Source of the DNA: Acidimicrobiia bacterium | GTDB lineage: Bacteria > Actinomycetota > Acidimicrobiia > Spongiisociales > UBA5794 | Assembly (NCBI GenBank): GCA_041611095.1 | Contig: JBFINP010000002.1 | Span: 59,837-123,836, forward strand | Reading direction: 5' to 3' | Length of the DNA: 64,000 nt | In this document: positions 53,943-64,000 of the stretch, one piece after another | Position numbering within the stretch: position 1 is the stretch's first letter | Layout: the number at the start of each line of letters is the position of its first letter | Program-made: the position numbers and the translations under genes | The notes under the pieces: model-generated | The model's input: only the letters and a program-made list of their open reading frames with translations | Told to the model about the DNA's origin: nothing | Databases searched by the model: none

Positions 53943-55286
53943 ATGGACCTCTCGGCGATCTTCAAGGCATACGACGTGCGGGGCCTGGCGCCGCCCCAGC
54001 TCGACGAGTCGATCAGCGAACGGATCGGTGCGGCGTTCGCTCGGTTCGCCGGCGCAACCGGTGTGGCCGTCGGCTGGGACTGCCGCTTGTCGTCTCCAAG
54101 CCTGGTGACGGGGCTGATCGCAGGTATCACTCACCAGGGCGTGGAAGTGGTCCGGCTCGGGCACGTGACGACGGACATGATGTACTTCGCCTCCGGTGCA
54201 ATGTCCCTGCCCGGTGTCATGGTGACGGCGTCGCACAATCCCCCCGAGTACAACGGGTTGAAGTTCTGCCTGGCGGGCGCCGCTCCGGTGGGCGAGGACA
54301 GTGGGCTCGTGCAGATCCGCGAGGATGCCGAACGGGGCCTCCCTCCCGTCACGCCCTCGGGTGAAGTCACGGATCGTGACGTCGCCGCCGACTACGTCAG
54401 TCACGTGCTGGGGATCGTCGAAGCCGAGAGCATCGCCCCCCTTCGCGTCGCCGTCGACGGAGGCAACGGAATGGCGGGCGTTGCCGTGCCGGCCGTGTTC
54501 GACGGCATCGCCGCCGAGCTCGAGGCGATCTACCTCGATCCGGATGGGACGTTCCCCAACCACCCCGCAGATCCTCTTCGCCCGGAGAACCTGGTGGACC
54601 TGCTCGAGCTCGTCGAACGCCAGGAGGCCGACCTCGGCGTAGCGTTCGACGGCGATGCTGATCGGGCCTTCTTCGTGGACGAGCGGGGCGACGCCCTCCC
54701 CGGCAGCACGACGACTGCGATCGTGGCCGAGTGGTTTCTCGGCCGGGAGCCGGGCGCTGCCGTCGTCCACAACCTGATCTGCAGCCGTGCGGTGCCGGAG
54801 ACCGTGCGGCGCGCAGGTGGTACCCCGATAAGGACGCGCGTCGGTCACTCGTTCATCAAACAGGTCATGGCGGAGACGGGGGCCATCTTCGGCGGCGAGC
54901 ACTCCGGCCACTACTACTTCCGCGATCACTTCCGTGCGGATTCGGGCATCCTGGCGATGCTCGTCCTGATGAGGGTGATGTCCGAGCGAGGAGAGCCGCT
55001 GTCCGTGCTGAGACGCCGCTACGAGCCGTACGCCCAGTCCGGCGAGATCAACTTGGAGGTCGCGGACCAGGCGGCCGCCCTCGCTCGTGTCGAAGCAGCC
55101 TTCGCCGGCGCGGATGCCGATCACCTCGACGGTCTCACCGTCGATCTCGGCGAGGGGGTGTGGTTCAACCTGCGGCCGTCGAACACCGAGCCGCTGCTGC
55201 GGCTCAACGCGGAAGCTCCGGACAAAGCCGGCGTGAACGAGGTCGTCGATCGTGTCCGGGCCCTCGTGGAGGGTGCTGGATCGTGA
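53943..55286 (+). CDS. pmmA: Phosphomannomutase/phosphoglucomutase
   Basis: Active-site TASHNPPEYNG, metal-binding DGDADR and sugar-binding GGEHSGH motifs. Confidence 0.9.
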   Translation: MDLSAIFKAYDVRGLAPPQLDESISERIGAAFARFAGATGVAVGWDCRLSSPSLVTGLIAGITHQGVEVVRLGHVTTDMMYFASGAMSLPGVMVTASHNPPEYNGLKFCLAGAAPVGEDSGLVQIREDAERGLPPVTPSGEVTDRDVAADYVSHVLGIVEAESIAPLRVAVDGGNGMAGVAVPAVFDGIAAELEAIYLDPDGTFPNHPADPLRPENLVDLLELVERQEADLGVAFDGDADRAFFVDERGDALPGSTTTAIVAEWFLGREPGAAVVHNLICSRAVPETVRRAGGTPIRTRVGHSFIKQVMAETGAIFGGEHSGHYYFRDHFRADSGILAMLVLMRVMSERGEPLSVLRRRYEPYAQSGEINLEVADQAAALARVEAAFAGADADHLDGLTVDLGEGVWFNLRPSNTEPLLRLNAEAPDKAGVNEVVDRVRALVEGAGS

Positions 55287-55510
55287 CCGGGTCGGGAGTG
55301 CCCGAGCGCCTTCTGGCGATCATGCAGTGCCCCGCGTGCGGAGGATCGTTGCATGATGTCGCCGACCCACCGTCACTCGTCTGCACGGAGTGCGGCTTGC
55401 GCTATCCGGTGCGCGAGGGGATCCCTGTGATGCTGGAGGAGGAGGCGACCCCGAGCGGGGAAGGCGATCCCGGAGCGGGTCAGGGCGCCGAGGTGCCTTC
55501 GCGTCCGTAG
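55283..55510 (+). CDS. Trm112-family small zinc-ribbon protein
   Basis: [15 protein letters not shown]...[20 protein letters not shown] is the Trm112/DUF343 pattern. The GTG overlaps the pmmA stop. Confidence 0.65.
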   Translation: MTGSGVPERLLAIMQCPACGGSLHDVADPPSLVCTECGLRYPVREGIPVMLEEEATPSGEGDPGAGQGAEVPSRP

Positions 55511-55986
55511 TCGTCCTCGAGCCGAACGACATCGTCGAGATGGGGCGTCGACACCTCGATCAGCTCCGTGTCGCCGACGGCCTCGAAACGGTGGATCCGA
55601 CCGGCCGGGATCTCGGCGGCCTGGCCGGGCCCGAGCGCATGGACCTCGATCTCGCCTGCGTCGTTCTCGAGATGAAGGTGGAGCTTGCCGCTCAACACGA
55701 AGACCGACTCCTGCTTCCGCTCGTGGTACTGCAACGAGAGTCGCTTCCGGTCCTTGATGGCGATGAGCTTGCCTGCATAGGCGTCGTTCGCGGTCCAGAT
55801 GAGCTCGTGGCCCCATGGCTTGTCGACTCGCTCCACGAAACCTCCCGTGCCGGTTGCCGTTCCGATGCCGGGAGACCACACCGATCGTGGTGCGTCCCGG
55901 CCGTCGTGACGATACAGCACGCACCAGGCGATTCCGTTCGAACGGGTTGTCCGCCGGATGTGTTCGCCTGCGCAGGCCCCTACCAT
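55480..55986 (-). CDS. Cupin-domain protein (type II mannose-6-phosphate isomerase-like cupin)
   Basis: [54 protein letters not shown]...[12 protein letters not shown] contains the cupin motifs G(X)5HXH and PxG.H. The 3' end overlaps the Trm112 3' end by 31 nt, convergently. The start may be the internal GTG near 55920. Confidence 0.6.
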   Translation of the reverse strand: MVGACAGEHIRRTTRSNGIAWCVLYRHDGRDAPRSVWSPGIGTATGTGGFVERVDKPWGHELIWTANDAYAGKLIAIKDRKRLSLQYHERKQESVFVLSGKLHLHLENDAGEIEVHALGPGQAAEIPAGRIHRFEAVGDTELIEVSTPHLDDVVRLEDDYGREGTSAP

Positions 55987-56007
55987 CCCTCCCTCCGCAC
56001 AGACCGC

Positions 56008-57291
56008 ATGCCGGGCTCGAACGAGCGCAAGAGAGGATTGACCGTGGACTTTGACATCGCAGACGAGCAGCTCGCCGATCTGGGTCACCGTCGCATCGAG
56101 TGGGCGGCGCGGCGTATGCCGGTTCTCGCCGCCATCCGGGAGCGGTTCGAGAAGGAGCAGCCGCTGCGTGGGATCCGCGTCGGCGCCTGCATGCATGTCA
56201 CCAGCGAGACGGCCAATCTGATGCTCGCCCTGCGTGCAGGTGGAGCCGAGGTCGCGCTGTGTGCGTCCAACCCACTGTCCACGCAGGACGACGTGGCCGC
56301 TGCCCTCGTAGATGATGGTGTACCCGTCTTTGCCGTCCGCGGTGAGGATGCGGCAACGTTCTACCGTCACATCCACAACGTGCTCGACACCAATCCGGAC
56401 ATCGTCTTCGACGACGGGGCCGACACGACGACCGTCCTGCACAAGGAGCGCTCGGAGCAGGAGATCATGGGCGGCCTCGAGGAGACGACGACCGGTGTGA
56501 TCAGGCTGAGGGCGATGGCGGAGGACGGCGTGCTGCGTTACCCGGTCATTGCGGTCAACGATTCCGACACCAAGCACCTCTTCGACAATCGCCACGGGAC
56601 GGGACAGTCCTCCCTGGACGGGATCCTCCGCGCCTCGAACATCTTGTTCGCAGGGCGTACGGTCGTTGTCGCCGGCTTCGGCGACTGTGGCTCAGGCATC
56701 GCCGAGCGCGCAGCAGGCTTGGGTGCGAACATCGTGGTGGTCGAGGTCGATCCGATTCGCGCGGTCTCCGCGGCGATGAGCGGGTACCGGGTGCTGACGG
56801 CGGCCGATGCGGCGCGGGTCGGTGACGTGTTCATCACGGCCACCGGGAACATCCACGTTTTCCGACACGAGCACTTCGTCGACATGAAGGACGGGGCGCT
56901 GCTCGCAAACGCGGGCCATTTCGACGTGGAGATCGACCTTCCCGCACTCGACAGGATGTCCTCCAGCAAGCGCGAGCTCCGCGACAACCTCCACGAGTAC
57001 ACCCTGCCCGACGGCCGACGCCTCCTGGTGGTCGCGGAGGGTCGTCTGGTGAACCTGGGGGCTGCCGAGGGTCACCCTGCCGATGTCATGGACATGTCCT
57101 TCGCCGACCAGGCGCTCGCCGCGGAGTGGTTGGTGCAGAACCGTGAGACGCTGGAACCCGACGTCTACGTCCTTCCCAAGGAGCTGGATCACGAAGTCGC
57201 CCGTCTCAAGCTCGAGGCCATGGGCGGTGGGCTCGAGCTGTTGACCGCCGAGCAGACTCGCTACCTCGCCAGTTGGCAGCACGGCACCTGA
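56008..57291 (+). CDS. ahcY: Adenosylhomocysteinase
   Basis: [40 protein letters not shown] site [13 protein letters not shown]-terminal LTAEQTRYL. The ATG at 56008 is in the frame of the listed ORF. Confidence 0.9.
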   Translation: MPGSNERKRGLTVDFDIADEQLADLGHRRIEWAARRMPVLAAIRERFEKEQPLRGIRVGACMHVTSETANLMLALRAGGAEVALCASNPLSTQDDVAAALVDDGVPVFAVRGEDAATFYRHIHNVLDTNPDIVFDDGADTTTVLHKERSEQEIMGGLEETTTGVIRLRAMAEDGVLRYPVIAVNDSDTKHLFDNRHGTGQSSLDGILRASNILFAGRTVVVAGFGDCGSGIAERAAGLGANIVVVEVDPIRAVSAAMSGYRVLTAADAARVGDVFITATGNIHVFRHEHFVDMKDGALLANAGHFDVEIDLPALDRMSSSKRELRDNLHEYTLPDGRRLLVVAEGRLVNLGAAEGHPADVMDMSFADQALAAEWLVQNRETLEPDVYVLPKELDHEVARLKLEAMGGGLELLTAEQTRYLASWQHGT

Positions 57292-57355
57292 CCAGGCACG
57301 GTGCCGGTGGCGACCCGCTCGAGGATCTGTCACACCGAGGCCGGACAATCGAGCC

Positions 57356-57961
57356 ATGGTTGCATGTGCGTCCTGCGGCTCGTGGACGGGGGTGTTGTTG
57401 TGTGCGCCGTGTGGCGACGGCCTACAGACCGGGGGGCCGCTGGTGACGAGCGGCGGTGTCATGACGTGGGCTGCGCTGCGGCACGCCGGCCCGGCCAGGT
57501 CGCTCGTCCACCGGTTGAAGTATGACGGCATCGTCACTGCAGGTGATGTGCTCGGCGCCGCCATGGCGTTCTACGTCCCGGCCTCGGCCTCTGCGCTGGT
57601 GCCGGTACCCCGGGCGACGCTGCGGCGCTGGAGCCACGGCGTCGACCCGGCGCGGGTCCTGGCGCACGCCATGGCTCGGACGACGGGTCTTCCGGTCGTC
57701 GCCGCGCTGCGGCCCGCGGCATGGTGGCCGCGCCACGCCGGCCGCCGTGCGGACTCTCGGTCGGCAGCGGTGTTCCGGGCCGCCGGGACGCCAGATCCGG
57801 GATGGGTACTCGTGGACGACGTCGTGACCACCGGAACGACCATCGATGCGGCATCCGCTGCGCTCGGATCCGTGGTGCGGATGGCGGTCGCCGCCACCTC
57901 GCCGAGTAGAGTGTCCCCGTGGGGTCGTGGCACCGATCTCGAGGGAACAGCGCAGGCCTGA
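57356..57961 (+). CDS. ComF-family phosphoribosyltransferase domain protein
   Basis: N-terminal Cys cluster (CASCG...CAPCG) and a C-terminal PRTase motif VLVDDVVTTGTT. Confidence 0.7.
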   Translation: MVACASCGSWTGVLLCAPCGDGLQTGGPLVTSGGVMTWAALRHAGPARSLVHRLKYDGIVTAGDVLGAAMAFYVPASASALVPVPRATLRRWSHGVDPARVLAHAMARTTGLPVVAALRPAAWWPRHAGRRADSRSAAVFRAAGTPDPGWVLVDDVVTTGTTIDAASAALGSVVRMAVAATSPSRVSPWGRGTDLEGTAQA

Positions 57962-58094
57962 GCAGCCCCCGGTGGTACTCCGGAGCGGTATGCGGTGCGA
58001 ACGAGCCTCACGGTGGGGCCGAGAATCCGGGTAGACATGCAGGTGCGGAGCGGCGCGCCTCCCGGTGTAACGCCGTTTGAGGAAAGGAGCCTCG

Positions 58095-58643
58095 GTGGAC
58101 GTTCGGGTGCACGGAAAGAACATGCAGGTCGATGACGTGACGCAGGATCTCGCAGACGAGAAAGTGCGCCACGCGGCGCGCATCCTCGATGACGGGGGTA
58201 CGGCAGATGTCGAGTTCACCGAGCGCACCAACCCGCGCCAGTCGGGTGACCGCTACCGGGTTGAGATAACGAGCCACACGAAGGGCCATACGGTTCGCGT
58301 CGAGGCGTCGTCGGCGGACGACCGCGCCGCCCTCGACATGGCCGTGGACAAGTTCGAGCGTCAACTGCGTCGCCTCAAGGAGCGCCTCGTCCAGCGGTCT
58401 CGCCCGTCGTCACGGCCCACCCCTCCCGTCGCCGACCAGGAGCCCGTCGACGATCTGGCCGATGCCACCACCGTGGTCCGGCGCAAGACGTTCGTCCTTC
58501 GCCCGATGAGCGTCGACGAGGCCGCGCTGCAGATGGACCTCATCGGGCACTCGTTCTTCTTCTTCCTCGACGCCGACACCGGCAAGCACTGTGTGATCTA
58601 CCACCGTGACGACGGTTCCCTCGGCCTGATCGAACCCGCCTGA
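58095..58643 (+). CDS. hpf: Ribosome hibernation-promoting factor, long form
   Basis: GTG start 8 nt downstream of an AAAGGAG Shine-Dalgarno. A RaiA-like N-domain plus the conserved C-terminal dimerisation domain (KTFVLRPMSVDEAALQMDLIGHSFFFFLDADTGKHCVIYHRDDGSLGLIEP). Confidence 0.85.
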   Translation: MDVRVHGKNMQVDDVTQDLADEKVRHAARILDDGGTADVEFTERTNPRQSGDRYRVEITSHTKGHTVRVEASSADDRAALDMAVDKFERQLRRLKERLVQRSRPSSRPTPPVADQEPVDDLADATTVVRRKTFVLRPMSVDEAALQMDLIGHSFFFFLDADTGKHCVIYHRDDGSLGLIEPA

Positions 58644-58700
58644 GGCGGCGATGTCGACGGGGGTCCCCAAACGCAGGGGCATCCCTATCATGGCTTCCGT

Positions 58701-61355
58701 ATGTCAGTCTTCAGCAAGGTCCTCAGAATCGGTGAGGGCAAGCGGCTGAGGGAGCTCAATCGGCTCGTCGAATGTGTCAACGACCTCGAACCCACCATCG
58801 AGACACTCAGCGACGCCGAGTTGGCCGCCAAGACCGATGAGTTCCGGAAGCGACTTGCCGACGGTGAGACGCTCGACGACCTCGAGTGCGAGGCCTTCGC
58901 GGTCGTGCGCGAAACGGCCAAGCGGGTGCTCGGGCAACGTCACTTCGACGTCCAGGTGATCGGCGCTGGCGCACTTCATCGCGGGATGATCGCCGAGATG
59001 AAGACCGGCGAGGGAAAGACGCTCGTCTCCACCATGCCCACCTACCTCAACGCTCTCGGCGGCGGTGGCGTACACGTGGTGACCGTCAACGACTACCTGG
59101 CGGGCCGCGATGCCGAGTGGATGGGTGCGATCCATCGCTTCCTCGGTCTCGAGGTCGGCCTCATCCAAGGCGAGATGGACCCGGCGACGCGGCGGCCGCA
59201 ATACGGCGCCGACATCACCTACGGCACGAACAACGAGTTCGGTTTCGACTACCTGCGCGACAACATGGCGATGCGGCCGGTGGATCGCGTCCAGCGTGGC
59301 CACGCCTACGCCATCGTGGACGAGGTCGACTCGATCCTCGTCGACGAGGCCCGCACGCCGCTGATCATCTCCGGGAGGGTGGGGGAGACCGCCAAGTACT
59401 ACCGCGACTTCGCACGCATCGCCCAGCGGCTGCGCCGCGACGACCACTACGAGGTCGACGAGAAGAAGCGCCAGGTGATCACGACCGAGGACGGCGTCGC
59501 CCGAGTGGAGGAGATCCTCGGCGTCGAGAACATGTACGACTACGCCAACGTCGACCTCATCCACCACCTCGACATCGCCTTGAAGGCCAAGGAGCTCTAC
59601 ACGCGAGACGTCGACTATCTCATCCGCAACGGCGAGGTCAAGATCGTCGACGAGTTCACGGGCCGCGTACTCGAAGGCCGGCGTTACTCAGAGGGCCTGC
59701 ACCAAGCGATCGAGGCGAAAGAGGGCGTCAAGATCAAGGAAGAGAACCAGACGCTCGCCACGATCACCCTCCAGAACTACTTCCGCATGTACGAGAAGCT
59801 GGCGGGCATGACCGGCACCGCCATCACGGAGGCCAGCGAGTTCAAGGAGATCTACAACCTCGACGTCGTGGAGATCCCGACCAACCGGCCGATCGCACGG
59901 GCCGATCAACCGGACCTCGTCTACATCGACGAAGATGCGAAGTTCAACGCGCTCGTCGAGGACATCGTCGAGCGGAACGCCGCCGGACAGCCGATCCTGG
60001 TCGGTACCGTCTCCATCGAGAAGTCGGAGCGCCTGTCGGGCTATCTGAAACGCCAGGGCATCAAGCACGAGGTCCTCAACGCAAAGCAGCACGCCCGGGA
60101 GGCACACATCGTGGCCCAGGCAGGCAAGTTCGGCGCAGTCACGGTGGCGACGAACATGGCGGGCCGCGGCGTCGACATCCAGCTCGGCGGGAACCCCGAG
60201 GAGCTGGCAAAGGGCGAATTGCGCCGGATGGAGATCGAGCCGGGCGCCGACGAATACGAGGATGCGTTCCGCGAGGCCCTCCATCGCTTCAAGGCCGAGA
60301 CGGAGATCGAGCGAGAGAAGGTCCTCGAAGGCGGCGGGCTGTACGTCCTCGGGACCGAGCGTCACGACTCACGCCGCATCGACAACCAGCTGCGGGGCCG
60401 CTCCGGCCGGCAGGGTGACCCGGGTGAATCGCGCTTCTACCTGTCGCTCGAGGACGACCTGATGCGCCGCTTCGCGAACGAGCGAGTCGCCGCCATCATG
60501 AACAGGCTCAAGATCCCGCCCGACGTCCCCATCGAGCACAACATGGTGTCGAAGGCGATCGAGCGGGCGCAGAGCCAGGTAGAGGGCCAGAACTTCGAGA
60601 TCCGCAAGAACGTCCTCAAGTACGACGAGGTGATGAACACCCAGCGCGAGATCATCTATCGCTGGCGCAACCGGGTCCTCGACGGTGAGGACACGGCCGG
60701 ACTGCTCGACACCTGGCGCACCGAGGTGATCGCGGGGGAGGTCGAGCTCATGACCTCCGGCCGTGATCCGGTCGACTGGGACTGGGACGACCTCTTGGCC
60801 CGGCTCACCCAGATCTATCCGACGAAGTTGTCCCGGTCGTCCTTCGATCACCCGGACGATCTCACCGAGGATGAGGTGGTCGAGGCGTTCCTCGACGAGT
60901 CGAGAGAGGCGTACGAAGAGCGAGAGGCCGAGCTCGGGGAGCAGGTGATCAGGCAACTGGAGCGCCAGGTCGTGCTGTCGATCATCGACAACAAGTGGCG
61001 CGAGCACCTCGCCTTGATGGACTACCTTCGTGCCGGGATCGGTTTGCGGGCCATGGGGCAGCGGGATCCGTTGACGGAGTACCAGCGCGACGGGTTCGAG
61101 ATGTTCTCCGAGCTCGTGGACTCCACCAAGGCCGACTCGCTGCGCTACCTCTACCACGTCGAGGTGGTGCGCAAGGAGGAGGCGCCACGCCCGCAGGCGG
61201 TGCAGACCAACGCTCCCGGCGCCACGTCGCGTGGTAAGCCGGTACGCGTGAAGGACAAGATCGGCCGGAACTCGCCGTGCCCGTGCGGGTCCGGCAAGAA
61301 GTACAAGCAGTGCCACGGTCGCCCTGGGGCCGAACCGCTCGATGCGACAGGCTGA
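58701..61355 (+). CDS. secA: Preprotein translocase ATPase
   Basis: 884 aa. Walker [15 protein letters not shown]-like [19 protein letters not shown], and a C-terminal zinc-binding [14 protein letters not shown]. Confidence 0.95.
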   Translation: MSVFSKVLRIGEGKRLRELNRLVECVNDLEPTIETLSDAELAAKTDEFRKRLADGETLDDLECEAFAVVRETAKRVLGQRHFDVQVIGAGALHRGMIAEMKTGEGKTLVSTMPTYLNALGGGGVHVVTVNDYLAGRDAEWMGAIHRFLGLEVGLIQGEMDPATRRPQYGADITYGTNNEFGFDYLRDNMAMRPVDRVQRGHAYAIVDEVDSILVDEARTPLIISGRVGETAKYYRDFARIAQRLRRDDHYEVDEKKRQVITTEDGVARVEEILGVENMYDYANVDLIHHLDIALKAKELYTRDVDYLIRNGEVKIVDEFTGRVLEGRRYSEGLHQAIEAKEGVKIKEENQTLATITLQNYFRMYEKLAGMTGTAITEASEFKEIYNLDVVEIPTNRPIARADQPDLVYIDEDAKFNALVEDIVERNAAGQPILVGTVSIEKSERLSGYLKRQGIKHEVLNAKQHAREAHIVAQAGKFGAVTVATNMAGRGVDIQLGGNPEELAKGELRRMEIEPGADEYEDAFREALHRFKAETEIEREKVLEGGGLYVLGTERHDSRRIDNQLRGRSGRQGDPGESRFYLSLEDDLMRRFANERVAAIMNRLKIPPDVPIEHNMVSKAIERAQSQVEGQNFEIRKNVLKYDEVMNTQREIIYRWRNRVLDGEDTAGLLDTWRTEVIAGEVELMTSGRDPVDWDWDDLLARLTQIYPTKLSRSSFDHPDDLTEDEVVEAFLDESREAYEEREAELGEQVIRQLERQVVLSIIDNKWREHLALMDYLRAGIGLRAMGQRDPLTEYQRDGFEMFSELVDSTKADSLRYLYHVEVVRKEEAPRPQAVQTNAPGATSRGKPVRVKDKIGRNSPCPCGSGKKYKQCHGRPGAEPLDATG

Positions 61356-61436
61356 ACCGGCCGTCGATCTCGCCGACGCAGCGGAACGCCACGAACCCAC
61401 GGGTACCATCACGCCACCCCACCACTGGAAAACCCG

Positions 61437-62553
61437 ATGACGACCGACTTCGATCCCCGCGCCAAGCTCAAGGAGCTGCAATCCCGGCTCGACGACGCCA
61501 GGAGGTTCCTTTGACTTCGAAGGCAAGACCGCCGAGCTGGAGGAGCTGAAGCAGGCCGCGGCCGCACCTGACCTCTGGGACGACCAGGATCGCGCGCTCG
61601 AGGTGACTCGGAAGCTCGCCCGCCACGAGGCGACGATCGGGAGGATCGTCGACCTCGAGGCTCGCATCGAGGACGGCGAGGTGCTCCTCGACCTCGCCGC
61701 CGAGGAAGACGATGCCGCCGTCGCGGCCGAGGTCGTGGCCGAGATCCAAGCCGTCGAGCGGGATCTCGCCGGGTTGGAGCGCGAGACGCTCTTCTTCGGT
61801 GAGTACGACGACCGGCCGGCCATCGTGTCCATCCACGCGGGAGCCGGGGGGGTGGACGCCCACGATTGGGCCGAGATGTTGCTGCGGATGTACGTGCGCT
61901 ACCTGGAGCGCTCCTCCTTCGGCTTCGAGATCGACGAGGTGTCGCTGGGGGAGGAGGCGGGCATCAAGTCGGCGACGCTCACCGTGAAGGGCGACTTCGC
62001 CTACGGGATGTTCGAGGCGGAGCGAGGCGTCCACCGGCTGGTACGCATCAGCCCGTTCGATTCCGCCGCTCGCCGCCACACCTCTTTCGCCGGGGTCGAC
62101 GTCGTTCCCGAGGTCGAGGTGTCCGACGTCGAGATCAACGACGAGGATCTCCGCATCGACACGTACCGCTCTCAGGGAGCAGGCGGCCAACACGTCAACA
62201 CGTCCGATTCGGCGGTGCGCATCACCCACCTGCCGACGGGCATCGTGGTGGCGTGCCAGAACGAGCGATCTCAGCTTCAGAACAAGAACCGCGCGATGCA
62301 GATCCTTGCGTCCCGTCTTGCAGAGCACGCTCGGGCCGAACAGGCCAAGGAGATCGCTGCGATCAGGGGTGAGCAGACCGAGGCGGCGTGGGGCCGGCAG
62401 ATCCGGTCATACGTCCTCCAGCCCTATCAGATGGTCAAGGATTTGCGAACCGATCTCGAAGTCGGCAACGTTCAGGGCGTCCTCGACGGCGACATCGAGC
62501 CGTTCATGGACGCCTATTTGCAGTGGCGCCGGGCCAACCACGAGGCAGAGTGA
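61437..62553 (+). CDS. prfB: Peptide chain release factor 2, with programmed +1 ribosomal frameshift at codon 25-26 (two ORFs joined at 61512/61513)
   Basis: ORF1 MTTDFDPRAKLKELQSRLDDARRFL stops at UGA within AGGAGG-UUC-CUU-UGA-C (61500-61515), the classic prfB autoregulatory site. The +1 frame continues DFEGKTAEL... through GGQHVNTSDSAVRITHLPTG (the SPF-equivalent region plus GGQ) to 62553. Confidence 0.9.
61500..61515 (+). promoter_or_regulatory. prfB programmed +1 frameshift element (internal Shine-Dalgarno-like AGGAGG + CUU UGA C)
   Basis: Read directly from the sequence. The spacing of AGGAGG three nucleotides before CUU, with UGA followed by C, is the canonical configuration. Confidence 0.85.
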
Positions 62554-62701
62554 GGCACGGTGGCACTTGCCCCCTGGCACCGAGCCGAGAAGCTTTGTGT
62601 TGGACCCTGCCGGCGGTAGCATCCGGCACGCGGAGTAGGGGCTCAGCCACAGGAACGGGGAACGGTGCGCGCTGCGCCGGTTTCCCCCCGAGCGAGGACC
62701 C

Positions 62702-63550
62702 ATGATCCGGCTCCAGAATGTGACGAAGGTATACGACGGTGGCGTCGTCGCGGTCAAAGACGTCGCCCTCCAGATCTCCAAGGGCGAATTCGTCTTCCTG
62801 GTCGGGCCCTCCGGTTCGGGCAAGTCGACGCTCATCCGGCTGATGATGCGCGAGGAGCGTCCTACGAACGGCGAGATCTGGGTTGCCGGCAAGCACGCCT
62901 CGGTTCTCGCCAACTGGAAGATCCCCCATCTCCGCCGCTCGATCGGCACGGTGTTCCAGGACTTCAAGCTGCTCCCCACGAAGACCGTGTACGAGAACGT
63001 TGCCTTTGCGCTCGAGGTGACGGGCCGGCCCCGCAGTGTGATCCGCACACAGGTGCCCCAGGTCCTCAAGCTGGTGGGGTTGTCGGCCAACGCCGACCGC
63101 TACCCGCGCCAGCTCTCGGGCGGTGAGCAGCAGCGGGTGTCGATCGCCCGCGCATTCGTCAACCGGCCATTGATCCTCCTCGCCGACGAGCCCACGGGGA
63201 ACCTCGATCCCGGGACGTCGGTGGGCATCATGCGCATCCTCGATCGGATCAACCGCACCGGTACCACTGTCGTGATGGCGACCCATGACCACGCCATCGT
63301 CGATGCGATGCGCCGCCGGGTCGTCCAGCTCGAACGGGGCCGCGTGGTCCGCGATCAGCACAGCGGCGTCTACGAGCGCCGCTCGCGCACGGCAGGAGAG
63401 ATCACCGAGGAGCTCGCTCCCATACCACCCGTGACCCCGCCGGTGCCGCCGGTGCCGCCGGCGGTGGAGGCGGTGGACGAGACGCTCCCTGGTCCGGTGG
63501 AGCCGGAGGTGGTGGAGACCGATGCACCACCTGAAGGAGAGGGTAGGTGA
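62702..63550 (+). CDS. ftsE: Cell-division ABC ATPase
   Basis: [11 protein letters not shown], Walker [24 protein letters not shown], Walker [14 protein letters not shown], and a Pro-rich C-terminal tail. Confidence 0.9.
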   Translation: MIRLQNVTKVYDGGVVAVKDVALQISKGEFVFLVGPSGSGKSTLIRLMMREERPTNGEIWVAGKHASVLANWKIPHLRRSIGTVFQDFKLLPTKTVYENVAFALEVTGRPRSVIRTQVPQVLKLVGLSANADRYPRQLSGGEQQRVSIARAFVNRPLILLADEPTGNLDPGTSVGIMRILDRINRTGTTVVMATHDHAIVDAMRRRVVQLERGRVVRDQHSGVYERRSRTAGEITEELAPIPPVTPPVPPVPPAVEAVDETLPGPVEPEVVETDAPPEGEGR

Positions 63551-64000
63551 GCCTCCAGTACGTCTTCATCGAGGCGTTCAACAACATCCGCCGCAACGCC
63601 CTCGTCGTGCTCGGGGCGATCTTGGCCGTCTTCATCTCGTTGCTGTTGATGTTCGGGACGCTCATCTTCGGTGAGATCGCGCGCATCAACACACTGCGCT
63701 GGTCGGAAGACGTCCGCGTCATCGTGTTCCTCCGCGACGAGTTTCGGGACACGGAAGCGCTCCAAGCCGAGGTCGAAGGCTGGGAAGAGGTCGCCGACGT
63801 CTTCTATCTGTCGAAAGCCGAGGCGTACGACGAGGCGCTCGAACTGCTCAAGAACAACGCAGCAGCCCGCCGGGTCATCGAGGAGCAACCGACCATACTC
63901 CCGGCGTCGCTGCGCGTGAGACCGGTCGATCTCGTCGAGTACGACACCATCGTCCAGCGTCTGCAAGGCTCGCCGGGAGTCGAGCGGATCATCACGGCAG
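63547..64000 (+). CDS. ftsX: Cell-division permease-like protein (3' end beyond the window)
   Basis: The GTG overlaps the ftsE stop. [15 protein letters not shown]...[17 protein letters not shown] is the FtsX N-terminus and first TM. The frame is open to the window end. Confidence 0.8.
   Translation, partial: MSLQYVFIEAFNNIRRNALVVLGAILAVFISLLLMFGTLIFGEIARINTLRWSEDVRVIVFLRDEFRDTEALQAEVEGWEEVADVFYLSKAEAYDEALELLKNNAAARRVIEEQPTILPASLRVRPVDLVEYDTIVQRLQGSPGVERIITA

Noticed and set aside
62555-62600. TGGCAC...TTGC resembling a sigma-54 -24/-12 promoter upstream of ftsE
   Set aside because: The spacing between TGGCAC and TTGC is 0 nt instead of about 5. Actinobacteria lack sigma-54. The match is a chance GGCAC repeat (GGCACGGTGGCACTTGCCCCCTGGCAC).
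1-64000. Search for CRISPR arrays, tRNA/tmRNA/RNase P, insertion sequences, integrases and restriction-modification or other defence genes
   Set aside because: No regularly spaced direct repeats. No tRNA-like GTTCGAATCC/T-loop context or CCA-ending acceptor stems. No transposase/integrase-like ORFs. No methyltransferase-endonuclease pairs were seen on either strand. The absence was judged by eye only.

Overview
This is a roughly 70 % GC, densely coding window, most likely from an actinobacterial (Acidimicrobiia- or actinomycete-like) chromosome. It holds about 55 protein-coding genes on both strands and no rRNA, tRNA, CRISPR array or obvious mobile element.

The housekeeping genes include the lipA 3' end, an M24 peptidase, transketolase, leucyl aminopeptidase, a class A penicillin-binding protein, the acyl-CoA mutase large subunit, an LpdA-like flavoprotein and accA-pccB with a divergent birA. 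Others are galE, fpg/nei, cofD-cofE (F420), pmmA, sahH, comF, hpf, secA, prfB (with its programmed +1 frameshift site CUU UGA C) and ftsE-ftsX. Order and content from 43.4 kb to the end recall the M. tuberculosis secA1-hpf-comF...sahH...pmmA-DUF3499...fbiA-fbiB neighbourhood (Rv3240c-Rv3262), recalled from memory and without whiB2.

The accessory and interesting content is:
- A 1,529-aa polytopic membrane protein with an N-terminal TM+SHOCT-like module, divergent from a HisKA_3 kinase / NarL-type response regulator pair.
- A CHD adenylate-cyclase / NB-ARC ATPase / TPR signalling protein.
- A CDP-sugar C-methylation / glycan export cluster: epimerase/dehydratase, C-methyltransferase, glucose-1-P cytidylyltransferase, LmbE deacetylase, GT2, an orphan ORF behind an AT-rich island, and an ABC exporter.
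- A gene-decay patch with a diverged MazF-like ORF and a 3' fragment of an ANT(3'')/AadA-type nucleotidyltransferase overlaid by a lipoprotein gene.
- A 526-bp convergent intergenic region with G-/C-rich hairpins and a perfect 23-bp palindrome (a candidate sRNA locus).
- A GT2-membrane fusion, secreted protein, thioredoxin-like protein, DUF3499 and Zn-ribbon cluster next to cofD/cofE.
- A polyprenyl-phosphate-sugar three-component glycosylation module (GT-C-like membrane protein, GtrA, Dpm1-like GT2) beside pmmA.

All calls come from reading the translations and DNA by eye; no searches were run.
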